From assembly GCF_009914755.1 (NCBI RefSeq), contig NC_060935.1: DNA of 64,000 nucleotides; one strand, written 5' to 3'. Position numbers and translations under genes: made by a program. This DNA comes from the human T2T-CHM13v2.0 reference genome, Homo sapiens. The notes beneath the pieces were generated by a model. That model was not told the origin of the DNA. It was given only the letters and a program-made list of their open reading frames with translations, and searched no databases. This document shows, piece by piece, positions 17,810-37,659 of this stretch; the stretch's first letter is position 1, and the number at the start of each line of letters is the position of its first letter.

Positions 17810-19950
17810 CCACATCTTATATTTTATCCATTCATTACACAAACATTTATTGAATTTTCATTATATACTAGGTACCATGGTAGACACTACATGAAAATGA
17901 GTATGACACAGCACCTGTCCTGATGAACTCCCAGACTAGTGGAAGAGAGAGACATTTAAACAAATAAATTAAAAGAACAGCATAAACTCTGGTAGAAATA
18001 CGCATGGGGTGTCATGGAAACAGAATGGGTATCTTAATCAGCTTGGGGGAGGTATGATAAAAAGGTGACATGAGGGTTGGGCAAGAATGATCAGTAAAGG
18101 CTCTGTGTTAACTACAGCACTGGGGATGGAAGGGCCAGAAAGGGTCTGGAGGTCATTTCAGAACAGAATGAGCAACAAGAACAAAGGCACGGAAATAAGA
18201 AGTGGCCTGGTATGTGCAGCAAACCAAAGGCAAACTGGTATGGCTGGAACCTGAAGTATGACAAAGGGAACAGCCATGAGTCAAAGTTGGAAAGGCGCAG
18301 AGGCCAATGCATAATGAGCTGCGTAGGCCATGGTAAAAAGCTTAGATTTCATCCAGAAACGATGGGTTTAAAGCAAGAACTTAAACTGCATTTCAAAGAG
18401 ATCACTCTGGAGGGGATCTGGGGCAGGAAAATCACTGCAATGGTCCAGGCAACAGATGATGAAGGCAATGATAAAGAGGGACGGAAGAGAGAAGACACAG
18501 GAGGCAAAATTAGTAAGACTAATTAGCAGCACTAATTGATTAGGTACACAAGGACAAAGAAGGAGGAGGCAAGTTAGAGAGCACAAGAGTAGGAGCAGGC
18601 TTACAGTAGAAGCTGATGAGTTCAGCTTTGAATACAATGCATTTGAAATCTCTCAAGTCTAAATCAATAGAGAAATCCAACAAACAGCTAAATACACCAG
18701 ACCAAGATGCAAATATTGATTTGGAAATCATGTACATATAGGTCATAGTTGAAAACATGACTAGGTAAGAATCAGCCAGAGGGAGCACATAGAGTGAGAA
18801 CAGCTAAAAATTATGGATGGAGCCCTGGGAAAGACTTAAGAGGTGCACAGAGGAAGAGGAGTTTGCAAAGGTGGCCAAGAATGATCAGAGAAAAGAACCA
18901 GGAGTAGGGTGTCATGGAAAACAATACAGGGGTGAATTTCAAGGAGGTAGTGAGTGGACCTCAAATCCCTTTAATTACCATGCATTCTCTTGGTCTTCTT
19001 ATCTAAACTTCTTAAAAAGCCTGTATTCACTATTTGTTTCCTCACTTTTCATTCACTCCTTAATACATTAGAACCTGGCCATTGTTTCACTACACAACGG
19101 AACTAGCCCTTTCAGGTCATCACTGACATTCCTTGTTGCCAAATCCAATGACTCCTCCTTCCTCTTCCCCAAATCAGCAAACAGGTCCCACCAGCTCACC
19201 CCTGACCACATCCCCACTTCCTATTCTCTTACTAACCATCCTTACTACCACTGCCTGCAAGTCGTAGTTCAGACACTCATTACTTTCAGCCTGAGCTACT
19301 GCAAAAGCCTTGTATCTGTTCTACTTCCAATCTTGTACCTTTCAAATCCTTCATATTACTGCTATAATGGATTTGTCTATCTAAAATGCAGAGCTGTTTT
19401 TAATCCTTCCGTGTCTCCCCTTTACCTCTAGGGTGAAGACCAAGCTCCTCAGATAGGCTTCCAGGGCCTTCTGTGATCACGGTCTGCCAACCTCTCTCAT
19501 CCATCTCACGCTTTATGCTATCCAACAACAGCAAATTACTTAGGGACCCCCACCACCTGGTAACACCATGGTGTCTCATAGCCTTATGACTCTGCACATA
19601 TAGGACCCTCTTCCTTTAATATCCTTCCTTTCCTTCTTATCTTGGCTGGTTACCAACATCCCTTAAAACTCAGCTCCCACATTTCATCCGTTAGGAAGCA
19701 CTTCCTGATCACTCACATCCTCCTAAGGCTCAACTTACTCTTCCTTTGTGCTCCCAAAACATCTTGAAAATCTTCTATAGTAACACTAACCAAACAGCGT
19801 TGAAACTGTCTGTCTTCTATTCTAGATTGAAAGTGAGCTCCTGGGCTCAGGGGCTATCTCTCTTTAATCATGGAATCCCTAGTACCTACTACCTAGCTGC
19901 TTACACTTATAACATGTATGCTAAGACTTTCCCTTAAGGGATGAGTGGAG
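17810..19950. mobile_element. degenerate L2 fragments
   Basis: L2 3' motif (cattcattacacaaacatttattga) and L2-like body; boundaries approximate. Confidence 0.55.
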
Positions 19951-19982
19951 TGAGTAACAGAGGGCTTTAAGAAGGGAAGCTT

Positions 19983-20276
19983 GGCCGGACATGGTGGCTC
20001 ACGCCTGTAATCCCAGCACTTTGGGAGGCCGAGGCAGGTGAATCACCTGAGATGAGAAGTTCGAGACCAGCCTGGCCAACATGGTGAAACCCTGTCTCTA
20101 CTAAAAATACAAAAATTAGCTGGGCGTGGTGCTCACGCCTGTAATCCCAGCTACTCGGGAGGCTGAGGCAAGAGAATTGCTTGAACCTAGGAGGCGGAGG
20201 TTCCAGTGAGCCAAGATCGTGCCATTTTGCACTCCAGCCTGAGCAACAAGAGCGAAATTCCGTCTCAAAAAAAAAA
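19983..20276 (+). mobile_element. Alu (S-like)
   Basis: TSD aagaagggaagctt. Confidence 0.93.
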
Positions 20277-20522
20277 GAAGGGAAGCTTATTATAAATGGC
20301 ATCCTCTCCAACCTTAGAAGCATGGATGGTATTCCAAAGCACCAAGGAAACCACTGTTTTTTACCTTGGAAATAAGGTCTTAAGAGAGTTACACTAATAT
20401 GATAATACAAAGGACATATGAATAACAAACACCAAATCCTAAGCAGAATCAGAAAACAAATTGCAGGAGAACTCACAGTGGAAAGAGCTTTGGACCAGAG
20501 AATCAGGAACGCAGAGTTCTAA

Positions 20523-20882
<360 letters not shown>

Positions 20883-21219
20883 CGTTTCTCTTTCAATTAA
20901 GAGAGGCTGGGTAATTATCTTATGGGTTTTTCCAACAGATACTATATATCTGTTCCGGAAATATTCCCTTGCAGCAGGCCGAAAAGAGACAAAACTAGAA
21001 AAGATGATGAAAGATGAATAACAAAAAGAAAGCAAGGGTGACAAAGGGAAATAAGAGAAGAAATCTAGGATAAAATCAGAACAAGAAGTGGAAAAAAGCA
21101 ACTGAGAAAAATGAAGACAAATTAAATACTAGTAAAAAAAACTAGGTCAGGGAGAATTCTAAGTTTTGGGTCCAAAAATTAAAAAACAAAAAACAAAAAC
21201 TCGGTAGCAGGGAACATCT

Positions 21220-23825
<2,606 letters not shown>

Positions 23826-23829
23826 TCAA

Positions 23830-25200
<1,371 letters not shown>

Positions 25201-25780
25201 TGCTAGATACTAAAACAATGTCCTTTAGTAGGCAAGAGGAGATGGGATCTAATATGTGAGTATACAAACTGACTTTGGATGGAAGCAAATATTCATCCAT
25301 CATAACAGGAAGTTAGAGTACGTGGGTACAGATGTTGGTAGGTAGACAGATGAGGTGGGGTAGAGGACTGGAAGACATTAAAAGTGACTGCCTCCTAAAA
25401 CCATAAAGTGAATAAAGATTCAGAGGCTACATTTTAAAGATATATCAGGTAGAAGGCTCCAGACTACAACTCATCACTCAACCCCTCTAAACCTTACAAA
25501 ATATCATTAAAAGTAACCAATGTCCAAAACAAAGGGTGTCTTATCTGAACCACCTGAGGTGTTTGTCCAGAGCTTTAAAAAGTATTATGAAAAGGAAACA
25601 GAAGGAGGAGTGTTCCAAGCATGAGAAATAGGATTTGTGGACCTCAGAAAAAGAAGCAAGCAAAGTGCATATTTTTCACCTTGTGATTAAAGCAGAGAAT
25701 GAAATAAAGTGTGGAGCAACTTACGAGTGGTTAGGGAAGGTTACAGTCAGGTAGAAAATGTAAGAAATACCCAGGCTTAC

Positions 25781-25862
25781 CTGTCCACTCCGTCCCAGCG
25801 ATATCCAGGCCAGATATTAAATCTGTTGGGAGGAGGTGCTGGACCACTGTAGCGAGGTCTCA
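25781..25862 (-). CDS. BUD13: BUD13 exon 9
   Basis: attag|TGAGA ([26 protein letters not shown]); donor AG|GTAAGC. Confidence 0.96.
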
Positions 25863-25900
25863 CTAATGAGAGGAGTAAGAAAAAAGTATTCAGTTAATGA

Positions 25901-26233
<333 letters not shown>

Positions 26234-26400
26234 CTGGAAAAATTTTTATATAGAAAGACCAATTGAGTTGAATCTAAACTCACAAATACAATGAATTTAA
26301 ATTATTTGGGAAATCCTTCTTTGCATATAGCTATGTATCAGCATCCTAATGATTCTCTCTTCACAAGTCACCTCCAGCTGATGATTCCCAGAAGTCCCAC

Positions 26401-26585
26401 CTTTTTTATTCTTGTTCTCCTTGGCCTTATTCTTCTTGATGAAGTTGGCCATAGGGTCCCCCTCTCTTTCCTGTTCTCTTAGCATCCTATCCAGATCTTC
26501 GTCATCAATATAGCGGGCCAGAGGCTTTTGCATCTCTTTCATTGCATCCTCCACATTTTGTTGCTGTTGCCGGCTCTGGGCAAGC
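26401..26585 (-). CDS. BUD13: BUD13 exon 8
   Basis: cccag|GCTTGCC (LAQSRQ...KPLARYIDDEDLD...DPMANF); donor G|GTGGGA. Confidence 0.95.
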
Positions 26586-26903
26586 CTGGGCAAAAAGGAA
26601 CCAAGAGTGTTTGCTATCCTGTATGACATTTCCACTTCTACACGAGATGGACCATACTGCTAAGTTTGGACAATCTCCTCTTTCTAGTACCCTAGGGCAA
26701 ATACTGAGCAGGGTAAAATTCCCAGAATACCCACTAGAAGCGTGGAATATATCAATATCCTAGGAAGAAGATTCAGCACACCAAATTTCCCATTACTGAT
26801 AACAGCTCTGAAGGCATAATAAGAAAGTGAGTGATCAGAAGAGCAGAGAAATGACTTGTTCCAGTCACTGCCATCTTGTTTACCCTTTCAGTGGTTCCCT
26901 TAC

Positions 26904-27042
26904 CCTTTTCCCCACTGGGCATACAGCTCATCTCTCTCTGAGTCCTTTTCTGCTTTCCTCCTTTGCTCTAAACGTTCGAGTTTCAAATTCCTCTTACGAC
27001 CAGACTTATCTCGAAATACGGTTTCAGCATATTGAAATTCAG
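26904..27042 (-). CDS. BUD13: BUD13 exon 7
   Basis: tgcag|CTGAA (EFQYAETVFRDKSGRKR...QWGKG); donor GG|GTAAGG. Confidence 0.95.
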
Positions 27043-27163
27043 CTGCAAAGGAAAATTATACTCAAATATCAGGATCAAAATCAGAAATAACATTCTAAGA
27101 GATCAAATCAACCGCTTGGGATTCTAATGCTAGATAAGAACTTCTGCAGCCAGACCAAAGTAG

Positions 27164-27617
<454 letters not shown>

Positions 27618-27709
27618 TAAAAGTTCAAAATATCAGGTACAATAAGCTAAATTAAAAAAAAAAAAAACAGTATGAGCCTAAATTGGTCTCTGCACTTTCA
27701 TATTTTTAC

Positions 27710-27815
27710 CTTCAAATGCCATGGTTTCTTGATCCTGTTCCTTGAGCTCCTGCTGTTCTCGCTGTATGTCAGTTAACACCAACCCAGTTTTAGCCCCAGA
27801 ATACATGTGTGCAGC
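27710..27815 (-). CDS. BUD13: BUD13 exon 6
   Basis: catag|GCTGCA (AAHMYSGAKTGLVLTD...AFE); donor G|GTAAAA. Confidence 0.94.
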
Positions 27816-29370
27816 CTATGCAACGGAAAAGGGAGCATCCAACATTAATGAGATGATGTGACAGTAGGCTCCATGGGTACACAGTTAGTTGCATTTGTGT
27901 CTAATGACCAGCAATAATTAAACCTAAAACTCTAGCTTTATATTCTCAATAATTACCATAGGATTCAAAAACTATAAAAGAAAACCATCATCAAAACCAT
28001 CAAGTTTAAGAATAAGCAGAAACACTAACAATATATTAAATGGAGGGCTACGCATTTGTATTTCTGACTTTTCAGTATATAAACTGCACACATGAAGACT
28101 ATCTCAGGTCATCTGATCAGAAACCAGTATAAAGCACTAAGCCTTCCATTAGAGACCCATACTGATAAAATATTCCATTTACAGTACAAACTCAAGCAAA
28201 CCTAAGATCCTTAAATTGTGGATATATTTCATGGTAATAACAGAAGATCTAACAAATGAAAACTTTTTGCTAATTTCCACTTAGCATCAAGATAGCAAAT
28301 CAGCCCACGAATGAAGCACACAGTATATCTTGATATCCTTCAGCAACGAAATTGGAATAATATTAAGTTGTCCATGAACTAAATGGATATATAAAATGCC
28401 AAGAGGTCCAGCTGAAACAGAGACCTCTTTTTTCCCTAAAAAAGAAGAATCTCACTTCCTGGGTAAAGAACAGGCTGGTCTACCCTGCCAGGACCAGTCT
28501 TCTCAGAGTCTTCTACAGATAAGATTTACCTGATAAGTCTGCACTGGGGAGAAAAATGCACATCACAGGCTCTATCATTCTGTTTCTTAACCACTTACAA
28601 ATAAGATTCCTTTACTACTACCAATGTTCTTTACAATATAATTACTCAAGGTTCATATGGATTTTGGGGTTTTTTGGCTAATTCATCAAGCCTTATCATG
28701 AATTTAAAACAAACCATTGACTTCTCAGACAACATGATTTCTAAAAGTGGTTTCATATTTTAAGTGCCTCTCCTTAAGCTCTGGATACAGAGACCTATAG
28801 TCCAATTTATACTAGTAAATCACTAACACTAGATGCTTACTTTGTCCCAGACACTGTGCTAAGAGTTTTACTTACACTGGCTTAATTATCATAACAACCT
28901 TACACAGTAGGTACTACTATTATCCACAATTTACAGATAAAGAAACTGAGGTTTAGAGATATTAAGCATCTTGCCCAAATCTCACAGACAGTAAGTGGCA
29001 GAAGGAGAATTTCTGTATGTGATCCGTTTGACACAATGCTTGTGCTCCAAACTTCACTCTGCAAATTACAGTCCTCGGTTTATTCCTAAGAAAATAGGAA
29101 GTTTTTCTAGACCTGTTAAAATGAGATTGTAGAATTAAGAGGCTATAAACGCAGAAGCTACTTGGGAAATCTGGTATCTGTAAGTCCATCTGGGATGGGT
29201 TATAGCCAGTTTGCCTTCAGAAGGAAAGACCTCCAAAGGTCCTTTTAACTAAGATTTACTACACTTCTCAGAGCTACATCCTTCTTCTTGGCTTGATTCT
29301 CTGGGACATACATAAAGCTGAGAGAGAAGAGTCACACGAAAAGAAGGACATGGCTCCTGAAAATCCTGAC

Positions 29371-29588
29371 CTTCTTTCCAGGAGGCTGACTCCTTCGAGG
29401 CGGGGACAGGTCAGAATCAGAAGATTTGGTCCTCTGTCTCCTCCTTGGTGGAGAGAGGTCAGAATCAGAGCTCCGGTGTCTAGGTCTATTCCGTGGAGGT
29501 GACAGATCTGAATCAGAATCCTGGTGCCCTGGACTTTGTTTATGCCGTGGAGAAGAAAGGTCTGAATCAGTTGCTTTCTGGCAGTCAC
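29371..29588 (-). CDS. BUD13: BUD13 exon 5 (SDSDLSPPR repeats)
   Basis: tccag|GTGACT acceptor; DSDLSPPR motifs; donor AAG|GTCAGG. Confidence 0.94.
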
Positions 29589-29684
29589 CTGGATAGGAGC
29601 AAAGAATCTATGTGACTCTGATGTCCCCTAGGTGAAGAACTTACATGAAATCTCCTATGGCTGGGAGAAGAACCTAGAAATTAA

Positions 29685-29986
<302 letters not shown>

Positions 29987-31188
29987 AAAGAGTTCTTTAA
30001 TCCCCTTGGAAGAATCTAAAAAGATAACTTACCAAGCTAATGTACAATATTTATTTAGTTTTCCTATGAAGAATTATCATTAACCTAAACATAAGTATGG
30101 ATGGCACAGGAGAAGAGCAAAGTCAGAAACAACTTTTAAGACCAACAGGTAGAATATGGCATTCTATTCCCAAGTGACCACTGACTGTAACTGGTGTGTA
30201 AAATCTCCACACACTCCTCTATGTCAGTAACCCCACCCATGGAAAGACAAAATAACTTGTAGTCAGCTCTCCATAGTGTGGCAAAAGTCAGAAATACCTG
30301 GAATATAGTCTGATATCCTTGGACTAAAGGATAACAAAGTACTTTAATTTTAAAATTAAAATAGTTCCTAGGAACAAAAGAGGGAGTAAAAAATTTCACT
30401 GCACAGGCCTAAGTTCTAGCGACTGTATAAGCATCACAAGTCACCTCCCAAAGGGCATTCTGCAATATGTATCGACAGTCTTTAAAACGCCCACATCTTC
30501 TGACCCAGTACATCAACTTCTCAGCTTTCTAGGAAACTTATATAGAAGTAGTTGAATTTCGAGGAAATCTATCTAGAAGTAGATAAGGAAATAATCCAAA
30601 ATGGGGACAACAGTTTATGTACAAGGATGTTCATTATAGAATTACAGAAGAAAAAACTTAGAAATAACCAAAAACATTCATTATTAGGAAAATGGTTAAA
30701 TTTGTAATTAAACACTATTAAAAATTATACTAACATAAAGATGTTTTATGGCCTGAGGAAGACTACGTTAAGAAAGGACAGCAGGCAAGATTGCACATGC
30801 AATACAAATGTTCTACACAGCCAGAGCTCAACTATATAAAAAATGCAAACCAAAAAAGACTAAGATGACCCTGGCCACAACACTAACAATAATTGCCTCT
30901 GAATGACAGAATTTTGTGTCACATTTTATCTTTATATACTTCTGTACATTCCAAAGCTTCTGCAACAAATAAATTGTACTTTTATATGGGGTGGAGCGAG
31001 CACATAAAAAGACATATGAAAACCTTCCTCCCTGCCACCATAATTGTTCAACTCTCCCAAACCCAGCCTCTCACTTTTCAAAACTTTCCCAAAGAAATTC
31101 CATTCTTATACCTAATAAATCAACTAAACGGCCAAAAGAAAGCTCCCAGGGATACATACATCCCTCTCATGGACAGTCATATGCTCAC

Positions 31189-31902
31189 CTTTGGAATCAA
31201 GCTGCTTCTTGTCTCCAAAATGGGATTTTGCTTGCTTTTTTCGTGGAGGAGAGATGTCAGGGTCATACTCATATTTGCTGTTCTTTGGGAATGACAAATG
31301 GGAGGCTCCTGACTCCTTCCAATGTGGAGAAGTCTTGCTAGAGGCTCTTTCTGGGGCTTTACCACTTTTGGTTCTGGGCAGGGAATAAGTGACATTAGGA
31401 GCCAAATCAGGGGAGTCATGACGGGCCCTTCTGAGTTGCTGTGTGTCTGAAGAGCCAAGAGTCCTCCTAGATGTGTCAGGGGAGTTGTTATGGACCCTTC
31501 TGGGGGAAGAGATATCTGAGGAACCATGACGGGCTCGCCTAGGAGGAGAGGGATCTGGTGAATCATGACGGACTCTCCTAGGAGATGCACCTGAAGAATT
31601 ATGCTGAGGCCTCCTTGGGGGAGAAGGATCTGGAGAATCATGACGGGCCCTCCTTGGGGGTGAAGTGTCTGAGGAGTCATGACGGATCCTCCTGGGAGGA
31701 GATGTGTCTGAGTCATGACGAGCCCCTCTGAGGGGAGAAGGATCCGGGGTGTCATGACGGGCCCTCCTAGGAGATGGATCCGGGGTGTCATGACGGTCCT
31801 TCCTAGGAGATGGATCTGGGGTACCATGACGGACCCTCCTAGGAGATGAATCCGGGGTATCGTGACGAAAATGTCTGTTTGAGGGTAGGTCTTCGTTGTG
31901 GC
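31189..31902 (-). CDS. BUD13: BUD13 exon 4 (RHD-S/T-PD-x-SPPRR repeat region)
   Basis: Lies within ORF 31124..31966; tttag|GCCAC acceptor; donor G|GTGAGC. Confidence 0.97.
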
Positions 31903-33997
31903 CTAAACACAAATAACAAAGAGTCAGATTCCCACAAATGCTCTGTCCCTCTGTCCACCCCCACACCCAGTTTCAAAAGATGCTCCAGTAGCACATACCT
32001 CAGAACTGCTCAGAAAGCCCAAAAGGCCTGCACAGTTTTCTTGCTTAGGGGCAGCAAACCACCACTCATGAATATCTTAAGAATAACCCCTCCGCCTACC
32101 AAGTCATAAATTTGCAAAGCATTTTCAGCACATTTTTCATATTATACCCTTTAAGGTAAGCAGGGCAGGTACCCTTGTATTACAGCATGAAAACAGAGGC
32201 CACAGCCTCTGTTTTCAGCTGAGGAGCTGAGTGATTTCTTACCTAAGGTCACAGCTCCTAAAATGAAGACACAGGCTAGAATCCAAGTCTTCTAACTCCC
32301 AGTCCAATGTTCTTTCTAAAACCTCATTTGTGCAGAGTTCCCAGCTAGTGGCTCCTACTGATATTTTGCCTAGATACTTTATAGTTTGTACTCACTCTTC
32401 TTTCAATAGGTAAATTGACTAAAACGGTGAATATCAAAATAAAATGCTGTTAACTATTTAATCCATTTCACTGTGCTCTTTCTTAGAGAGGGGAAAAATC
32501 ACCATAAAAAAGAAAGGAGCAAGTAATTACCAATCACCTACTGTGTGCCAGTGTTTCATAGAGATTACCTGATTCAATTCTCACAACAAGCCTAGGACAT
32601 AAATACTGTCATTTCATTTATAGATGAGGAAGTTGATACTCAGAAAGATTAACTTGCCAAAGTCATATTGCTAATAAGTGGTAGAGGAATATTTAAATCC
32701 AGCTCTATTTGACTCCAGAGTCCATGTGCAATCTTTAAAATATGTAAAGCTTTAAAGTTAAAATACATAGTTTGAGACCTTCCATATTCAAAGGCACCAC
32801 AGAATGAAATATCTATAGCAACTGGAACAGTTTCAAAATCCAGTTCTTCCTCTACCTCTATTTCTTGTCATTGAGCTCCACAGCCCAAATACAAATAAAA
32901 GCTGGGTAGGAACTGATGAATACTTGTTAAATGGATGAATTAAACCAAGTCAACTCCTTTACTTTGGGGAACAGCCCTATCTGATTGGAATCCACTCCAC
33001 AGAGAAAAGTATGATGTCTGTGGGGGGCCTAACAGTAAATCTGAAGGAAGCAAGGGTCAGAGATTGGTAAGCGTACTTCCAATAACAAATTGGGATGGGG
33101 GAGTGAAAGCAAGGCAGAAGAAAAGGAGTGAGTGAGTGTGAGTGTGACTGTGTGTGTGTGTGACTGACCTTCTAAACATTCAGATACACAAGAAAAGGCA
33201 CCGTGTGTATGTGTGTGTCTGTGTGTCTTCCTAGACAAACAGACATGGAGACCAAAAGATTCTCTTTGGAAAAGAATTCTGATTAGGCTACAAAAATCAA
33301 ATACCTACTAGCAATTAAACAATTCTACAAATATTTATTAAAGGTAGCTCCTTGTGCTAGATAGGGGAATATCATGGCAAATAAGACTAGTCTATGCTCA
33401 AACAGATGTGACAAACAAATGCTTTTTATCCAATTCTCAAGGACTCAAATTTTTTTAAAGAGAGTTAAATTAAGATTATTAGCTTAGGAAGAGTCCAAAG
33501 TGGGCAAGTGGAGGGTAATGCACTATAAAACACCAATACTTAAGGAAAGAAGAGAGAAATTTACTAACACAAACAGAACAAAATACACTGGTCCTTGACC
33601 CCCCAGAAATGAGTTGCTTCATTGTGGAAGAGGATAGTGGTAGCTAAAGTCCCCAAATTCTGCTCCTGTTTCTTGTAAACTCCTCCCAAAGTCTTGCCTA
33701 TACACCAAGTGCTCTCCTATTCTGAGTCAAAGAGGAATGGGTGCTCAAAGGCCTCCAAATTAGTCACCAACCTCAGTAATCCTAATGCCAAAATATAAGA
33801 GAAAGAGGAATATCTGGTCTATAAGTTCCTATGTCTTACTACCTCTGAAGAAGTCCAACTTCCTTTTTCCTGCTTTATTTTTCAGGATCAATGACATGCT
33901 AAAACAAACTATGCATTCCTCTAAAGAAAAGTATAGAAAAGGAAAAAAGATCTCCCCTACTAATGGAAATTTAGATTTATCTATTGTTGGAACTCAC

Positions 33998-34082
33998 CTC
34001 CCAGAAGCTTCCATTTGGCACTGGAACGAAAGGCCTCCATCTGCTTTACCTCTTCTGGCCGCTCATCCACAAACTCTGCCAC
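33998..34082 (-). CDS. BUD13: BUD13 exon 3
   Basis: cacag|GTGGCAGAG (VAEFVDERPEEVKQMEAFRSSAKWKLLG); donor G|GTGAGT. Confidence 0.95.
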
Positions 34083-35541
34083 CTGTGAGAGTAAAGATTT
34101 CCTATCTTAGGAAATCCACAGGATCCAGCCAAGAAGCACTGTCTCAAGAACCTGAAGTTACAACCATTCCGATTCCTAACACAAGGGCGTACATATATCC
34201 AAAATGGTCATGAAGAAGTAAGTAGGGGTCTTCAGTTATGTTTGCTCCATAAACATCTGATTGTCACTGTATTGGTTTAATTGTAGATCCTTCTCTAATT
34301 AATCAATTACCCTGCAAAGGTTAATTTTTTTCATTACAAACCTTTTTATTAACCTGCTAGGTACACAACAGCCACTTGTAAACTAACAACTAAATTCCTT
34401 TTACACTTTTACTTCTACATTAACAGTGGAAACATAGGTGGCTCCCCCCATCATGCCTAGCACTAATCAAGGACTTTGGGTTTCTATGAATCCTTTCTTG
34501 TTGTAGGTAGTCACAGTGATAGGTTTTCTTGAATACAACCAAAAAGAGCCACTGAGATGTACACAGAATCATTAATCTTTAAGAGCTAAAACCACATTTC
34601 ATATCTTCTAAACTTCTGAACAAATCAGAATCTTCTCTATAGTATTCCTAATAAGTGGTCACTCGCCCAATCCCTTCCTGACAAGGAACTCATTATCTTA
34701 CAACACAGTCCACTGCATTTTTCAAAAATGTTAGAAAGTTCTTAGTTTTACTAGTACCGTATCTGCCTTCCTATAACTTCTTTGAATTCATTCTAGTTCT
34801 GACCTGTGATGTAAGTCCACATGACAAACTTTCAAGATTGCTGGCATAATAAATCCTAGTTACAGAGTAGCAACTATGTGCAAGGTACTGTGTTTTGTGG
34901 TTTACTCATATAATCTAACTCGATTCTCACAATAATCCTGTAAAGAAAGGCTCCACACTACTGAATAGCAAACTGATTCGGAGAAGTTCAGTAACTTTCT
35001 CAATGTCACAAGCTAACAAGTGGCAGAACTGGAATTTAAATCCAGGTCATAATAGCCCTCTACTTCTCCCAAAATCCTACCATCATTCTTCATATAACCC
35101 AGTTTTGAGATCTCTCACTGAGCGTTAAAAGCACAGGTTTCGGGCAAGATGAATTAAGATCTAAACCCCAGCTCGGCCACTTAGCATTTGTGTAACCTTT
35201 GGTAAATTATTCTAAGCCTCAATTTCCTCATTTGTAAAAGTGGGATTCAAAGGATTGCTATAAGGATTGAATGAGATAATTCACGTAAGCTTAGCCATGC
35301 TTGGTACATGATAAATGCCCAATAAATGACACCTATTAATTATTCCTGTGCTGCCACTGCTATCGTAATCATCATAATCGTTTTACCATTATTACTGGTG
35401 GTGGTGGTGATCTTGCAGTTACAAAAATGAATTCAGTAATCAAGATCTGTTTTAACCAATGCAGAGAGCAGTGGCACTAAAGCCTCCTTTGTTTAGGTTT
35501 TTGGGCCATCATAAAAGCAAGACAATATTATAAAAGAAAAT

Positions 35542-36644
<1,103 letters not shown>

Positions 36645-37346
36645 GTGCTCTAATATTGACGACGTAGGCAAACTGGCATTCTCATCACCTCTAGTGGGAG
36701 TGTAAATTGGTAGCACCTTTTGGAAAGCAACATGGGAATATAACTAAAGCGAACCATACCCTTTGATCCACTCATTTCATTTTATGGGAATAAAGAAATA
36801 AACTGATTTCTACAAATGATTTATGTACAACGATGTATGATATTTTATAAGTGGAAACAATCCATGTATCCAGTAACAGAACAGATAAAATATATATATT
36901 GAACTACTACATAACCGTTAAAAATCATACACTCAAAGAATATTTTAAGGTCTTACCAGAGTATCCACAACATATTATTTAGCAGAGGAGTAGACTCCAA
37001 AACCCTATGTACAGTATGATCCCAATTATGTTCAAAAAAATAAAATACAAGCGTGTATAATCTCTAAAGAGAAAAACCTGAAGAGATATGCATCCAAGTA
37101 TTAGCAGTTATCTTTGGATGGTAACATGCAAGTGTTTATTCTTTTAAAAACTTTAAACTTTTTTTAATTCCCAAATATTCTGTAATAAATATGCATTGCT
37201 TTTATAAAATTAAAAAAAAACAACAAACATTGTTAATATTTACTTCTTCTGACCAAAACTAAATTGGCTCCCTAAGATCACTATTTCCCTTCTAATTACT
37301 AGCAAGCCCTCTTTTAAATAATCTATTTTAGAATTTTGCTGGGAAT

Positions 37347-37659
37347 TGGCCAGGTGCAGTGGCTCACACATGTAATCCCAGCCCTTCAGGAGGCCGAGGT
37401 GGGCGGATCACGAGGTCAGGAGATCAAGACCAACCTGGCTAACATGATGAAACCCTGTCTCTACTAAAAATACAAAAAAAAACACAAAAAATTAGCCGGG
37501 CGTGTTGGTGGGCCCCTGTAGTCCCAGCTACTCAGGAGGCTGAGGCAGGAGAATGGTGTGAACCCAGGAGGCAGAGCTTGCAGTGAGCCGAGATCATACC
37601 ACTACACTCAAGCCTGGGCAACACGGTGAGACTCCGTCTCAAAAAAAAAAAAAAAAAAA
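37347..37659 (+). mobile_element. Alu (Y/Sc-like)
   Basis: TSD agaattttgctgggaatt. Confidence 0.93.

Noticed and set aside
19967-20476. 169-aa ORF and many similar 60-130 aa ORFs (LECSG, WDYR, PPRPANF motifs)
   Set aside because: These are translations of Alu sequence.
31410-31870. Regularly spaced 36-39 bp repeats superficially like a CRISPR array
   Set aside because: The units are contiguous without unique spacers and encode the BUD13 repeat domain in a human exon.
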